Of a stretch of 64,000 nucleotides of DNA, positions 60,372-64,000 are shown piece by piece. The position numbers and the translations under genes were made by a program. The DNA is taken from NCBI GenBank assembly GCA_043228905.1, contig JBHGNT010000008.1, positions 3,472,001 through 3,536,000 of the forward strand. Reading direction: 5' to 3'. Under the pieces are notes generated by a model. The model saw only the letters and a program-made list of their open reading frames with translations, was not told the DNA's origin and ran no database searches. The stretch comes from Azolla caroliniana. Taxonomy: Eukaryota; Plantae; Polypodiophyta. Position 1 is the first letter of the stretch; each line of letters opens with the position of its first letter.

Positions 60372-63300
60372 TGTAGGTATGGCTGGACTAGCCGCAACAC
60401 AGGTGTCTATCCGACACTTCTCCAAAGGGGTGGTAGGGATAGGATGTTAATACACGCGTATGATAATTACACTTAAGCACAGACGAAGACAAGATTAATC
60501 AGCATAAGCAAAACTATATTAATTCTTCGCGCTTTCATTACAAAACATCGGATCCTTTTATAGGCATCCGGCCAGATTACAATCGGTGCTCGGTAAGCAA
60601 CCGTTAACCGAAACCGAATCGGTTCGGATCCGGATCGGTTACAACTACCGGATCCGTCCCTCCTAATAATTCTATTCCTATTTCTATATTTATCCGATCC
60701 GACCTTGCTTTCCCATTCGCCTTCTCTGACCGGCCAACACATGGCACGCCCGTGGGAAAGTGCATTGCACTTCGAACCCACAGCCGGTCTCAGTCTTCCT
60801 CCAAATTATCCAGCAAACTCCGCTCAGAGGTTTCAAGTGTTGTTTTGCCTGTGCCGTCTCCGACTTCCGATTGGATGGGCTGCCTTTTCGCATCTTGCTG
60901 CTCCGACTCTGCTTCTACCGGTAGTACCGGTGTTTCTTCTGTATCCTGTCCGGGTCTGTCCTGCTCTACCTCCGTTCCGTTCCCGGTATCGCTTTCTCCG
61001 GTTTCCACTGGCTGTGTCCTTTCCTCTCCAGATTCGGTACTTCTCTGTCTCCACTCTGCATCATCCCCGGCATCAACCTGCTCTTGCTCCGGAAGTTCTT
61101 CCTCGGGTAATTCTTGTCGGGTTGCATTGTTGGTTGGGTCCTCTTCAGCCGGTCGCTCGCCCTCACTAATGGAGATCGGCGTTGTGTGTCCCTCGGCTTC
61201 CTGTCGCAGTCGCTCCTTCTCGTATCCTTCCAATTCTAGTTGGGTTTCGAGCTGCCCGTCATCCAACCTCTCTACTAACCCTCGGATTTCCTTGAGATGC
61301 TCTCCTGCTAGAGCATAGAAATCCTCCGACAATTCTTCCCGGATGTTGACGATACTTTCTTCGTCCATTTTATAGAACCTATCTCCGGTTTTCTTCCGAT
61401 TCTCTGCATCAGCTCGGAGTATCTGCAGTTCAGCTGCCTGTTGTGCCCATTCCCTCCAGAGCTTCTCCGTGCTTTCATTTATGCTGGCCTGAGCTCGGGT
61501 ACTCCAACTTGACATGATGAACTTAATTCGGTCAACCCCTGCTTTAGCCTGTTCCGAAGCTGCTTGTTTTTCCTTTCTTATCCGTTTGATGATGTCGGCC
61601 ATTAACTGAGCTTGAGCTTCAGAGTCGATTTTTTGCTTGTCACAGGCACTCCGCCATTTGTTGATTTCGAAAGTCGACTTCACTTTTTCCTCGTTCCAAC
61701 TCTTTGTCAGCTCCCCTACTTTCTGCCGAAGTACTTCCATCTCTTTTCTTTGTTCCGACGTCAAGGTCTTCTCCGCCGATACTTCCTCCCTTGCTTTGGA
61801 CAATTCCAAGCGGTTTTCCTTGAGCTGCTCTTTCAGCTTCTCTATCTGTCGGTCGTACGTTGCTGCCTGATTCTTGATGTCCGACGTGGCCTGTTTATAA
61901 TCCTTACATAGTCTGTCGAATTCCTCCGTCTTCTGTTTTAGGCGTCGGTTCGCCTGAGCTCGCAACTGATCATCCCGGTCCTTTTGTTGTCGGAGTTCCT
62001 CTCGCAACCGCTCAATTTCCTGCTCCATTCGTCGGCGCAGCCTATCTTTTTCCTTTTGCAGTGTCCCGTTTTCTTCTTGTAGTCGGTCATTGGTGGCTTT
62101 GCTTCGGCGAAGGCCTTCCTCCATTCGCCGTCTGTCGTCTTCTACCAACTTCCGCTGCTCTCTTTCGTTATCTCTCAATGCCTCCTGAGCCTGTAATTCT
62201 TCTTTCAAAGTTGCTATTAACCTCTCGGTCTCAGGGCCGGTTTGCAAGGCCTTCTCCGTTTCTGGTTCGGCTTGCTTTTCTGATGTCCCGACCGGCTCGG
62301 TGCCATCTTGTGCTTGTCGGTTGCCTTCTTTTGCCTGTGCTAACTCTTCTTGCAGCTCATTTACTTGTGCCCGGAGCCTGACCATATCCTTAGTCGTCGT
62401 CCTAGTCACTTCTTCTCTTTGCTCCTCCTCTTTCTCCATCTGGTCTGCTACTCCCGACAACTGCCCTGACAACCACCTTAGCCATTGTGCCTTTGTTCTG
62501 CCTTCGTTGGTGTCAGCAGGTGTGCCTAGCTCCGGCTGTTTTTCCGGCTGTTTCTCCGGCCTCTTCTCTTGTTCCGGCGCTTGTTCCTTTCTTTGTTCTT
62601 CGAACTCCGCCGCCGTCGGTTCCGGTACTGCCGTCTTTGGTGCAGACGAACCTTCATCCTGTGTCGCTTCTGTTCCGGTTACTGGAGGCGGTTCTTTTAC
62701 CCGTTGCTGAGTTTCGTCCGCTGTTGGGGTCGGTCTTGTCGCTCGTTTCTCCTTTCCTTGCCTGGGTGGTAGTATTAACATCGGTTCGGATGAGTCTTCC
62801 TCTGTTTCTGTGTCCTCCGTCGGTGCCACTATTGGTTCCTTTACTGGTACCGGTTCCGATTCGAGCGTGACTGGTTCGGTGTCGGTTTGCCTCTTGCTGG
62901 TCTTCTTTGCCAGCTTCTCCTTGCCTTTTTCCGCCTTTTTCTTCTTCGTTGTCGGTTGCTGTTGCTGTTTCTGAGGCTGCCGTGATGAGCCTTCCTCCCG
63001 TTGCTGTCGGGAGGAGTCTTCTTCCCTCGGTTGTCGAGATGAGCCTTCTTTCCGCGGCTGTCGGGATGATCCCTCTTCTGGCGGCGCTTCTTCTTCCTGT
63101 GTCCATCCTGGAGTGTGTTTCTCTAGGATTCGTCGGCGCTTCATGGTTTGCTTCGGGGTAGTCTCCTGCCGACTTCTTTGCTTGTGCTTGATGGGGGACA
63201 CCGGTGGGACCAACACTGTTAACCATTGGGATATTCCGGCCCATGGCTTCTTCCCTTCCACCAAGTGCTTTATCGCCTCTTTCAGTCCTTCGGTGATGAA

Positions 63301-64000
63301 GTGGAGCCAGTCCACCTGCAGGCCTTCGAATGTCGCGATGACGATCGCTGCTCGGTATTTGGCTATGGCTGCCGGACGAGGGTTCACGAACCCATACTCC
63401 ATCAGGGCGCGGGCCACCTCTCCGAACAGCAGGTTCTCTCCGCCCTGTGTGCGATACGCCTTGCTGCTGAGGGAATATTCGCCGAAATACTCGAAGAATA
63501 TTTGGCTCGAGGGTAGCTCTATTGTTTGAAGTCCACCCTCCGCAATCCCGGTGAGCGCTTGTACCGCTCCTTCGGTGACTTCTGCCAGGTCCACTGCTGT
63601 TGCCGCCTGCTCTGGTTCCTTGTGTGGTGGAGCGTCAGCGACCCGCAGCAGCCCTCCTAATCCGTTCTCTGTCAGCCATTGGCGCGCTCCTTCCGACAGT
63701 GCCATCGCTTCTTCTTCCTCTGCTGCTGCCTGTGGTCTGAGGTCGGGGTGTGGGTGTTCTGCGCGTCGGATCTCGCTGTCTTGAGCCTGCGTTTGCTTGT
63801 GGGAAAATTCGTAAAAAGTGAACCCTTCTCCGGTTCTTCCTTTATATAGTGGCGTTTCCCTTGACCCGCCTTTTCCTCTTTTTCGCGCGTGCGTATCTTC
63901 TGCCATAATTAGCATGTCACTCTTTAATTTTGGCGTCTGCACGTCCTCTGCCTCGAATAGCATGTCCTATTTTTGGCGCCTGCGCATGGTCTGTCATGAA
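60372..64000 (-). mobile_element. 3' end of an LTR retrotransposon (3' LTR 60372-60643) carrying a large extra ORF; continues beyond the window
   Basis: TGTAG...TTACA termini; minus-strand TATAAAA near 60555; purine tract AGGAGGGACGG about 10 nt from the LTR; GC-rich internal region. The partner LTR is outside the window. Confidence 0.65.
60790..63963 (-). CDS. Uncharacterised retrotransposon-associated extra ORF (1057 aa; likely start at 63705, giving 971 aa): globular N-terminus, low-complexity linker, long coiled coil, acidic tail
   Basis: Uninterrupted 3.2-kb ORF with no gag or pol motifs; TATATAAA at 63848-63841 upstream of the MALSEG ATG; VDWLHFITEGL segment resembles plant retroelement accessory ORFs. 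Confidence 0.75.
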   Translation of the reverse strand: MLFEAEDVQTPKLKSDMLIMAEDTHARKRGKGGSRETPLYKGRTGEGFTFYEFSHKQTQAQDSEIRRAEHPHPDLRPQAAAEEEEAMALSEGARQWLTENGLGGLLRVADAPPHKEPEQAATAVDLAEVTEGAVQALTGIAEGGLQTIELPSSQIFFEYFGEYSLSSKAYRTQGGENLLFGEVARALMEYGFVNPRPAAIAKYRAAIVIATFEGLQVDWLHFITEGLKEAIKHLVEGKKPWAGISQWLTVLVPPVSPIKHKQRSRQETTPKQTMKRRRILEKHTPGWTQEEEAPPEEGSSRQPRKEGSSRQPREEDSSRQQREEGSSRQPQKQQQQPTTKKKKAEKGKEKLAKKTSKRQTDTEPVTLESEPVPVKEPIVAPTEDTETEEDSSEPMLILPPRQGKEKRATRPTPTADETQQRVKEPPPVTGTEATQDEGSSAPKTAVPEPTAAEFEEQRKEQAPEQEKRPEKQPEKQPELGTPADTNEGRTKAQWLRWLSGQLSGVADQMEKEEEQREEVTRTTTKDMVRLRAQVNELQEELAQAKEGNRQAQDGTEPVGTSEKQAEPETEKALQTGPETERLIATLKEELQAQEALRDNEREQRKLVEDDRRRMEEGLRRSKATNDRLQEENGTLQKEKDRLRRRMEQEIERLREELRQQKDRDDQLRAQANRRLKQKTEEFDRLCKDYKQATSDIKNQAATYDRQIEKLKEQLKENRLELSKAREEVSAEKTLTSEQRKEMEVLRQKVGELTKSWNEEKVKSTFEINKWRSACDKQKIDSEAQAQLMADIIKRIRKEKQAASEQAKAGVDRIKFIMSSWSTRAQASINESTEKLWREWAQQAAELQILRADAENRKKTGDRFYKMDEESIVNIREELSEDFYALAGEHLKEIRGLVERLDDGQLETQLELEGYEKERLRQEAEGHTTPISISEGERPAEEDPTNNATRQELPEEELPEQEQVDAGDDAEWRQRSTESGEERTQPVETGESDTGNGTEVEQDRPGQDTEETPVLPVEAESEQQDAKRQPIQSEVGDGTGKTTLETSERSLLDNLEED

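Noticed and set aside
60473-63784. Many short ORFs overlapping the 1057-aa ORF
   Set aside because: Shadow frames of a GC-rich coding sequence

Overview
Eukaryotic plant nuclear DNA. It is most likely from a seed-free vascular plant such as a fern or lycophyte; this is inferred from a Tcn1-like chromovirus, a tRNA-Trp-primed Ty3/gypsy family and a CYP707A gene. 1-22.3 kb is a deeply nested retroelement cluster: four Ty1/copia elements (one intact and very young at 15868-21218), a chromodomain-bearing Ty3/gypsy element, a LINE inside that element's 5' LTR and a solo LTR inside its protease. 24.6-47.9 kb holds three intact spliced host genes: an ASIL/SIP1-clade trihelix factor (+), a group III calcium-dependent protein kinase (+, 8 coding exons) and CYP707A ABA 8'-hydroxylase (-, 9 exons). 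48.7-64 kb is decayed repeats, solo LTRs, a gag-only tRNA-Trp-primed element and the 3' end of an LTR element with a ~1000-aa extra ORF. Main observations: (1) two apparently unrelated gypsy LTR families each carry an antisense tRNA-type Pol III promoter (A and B boxes, 41-45 nt apart) in the outer U3; (2) the chromovirus has no tRNA PBS, but its PBS site is complementary to its own predicted transcript 5' end, as in Tf1-type self-priming; (3) the large 3' extra ORF has its own TATA box. Everything was read by eye and no searches were run.
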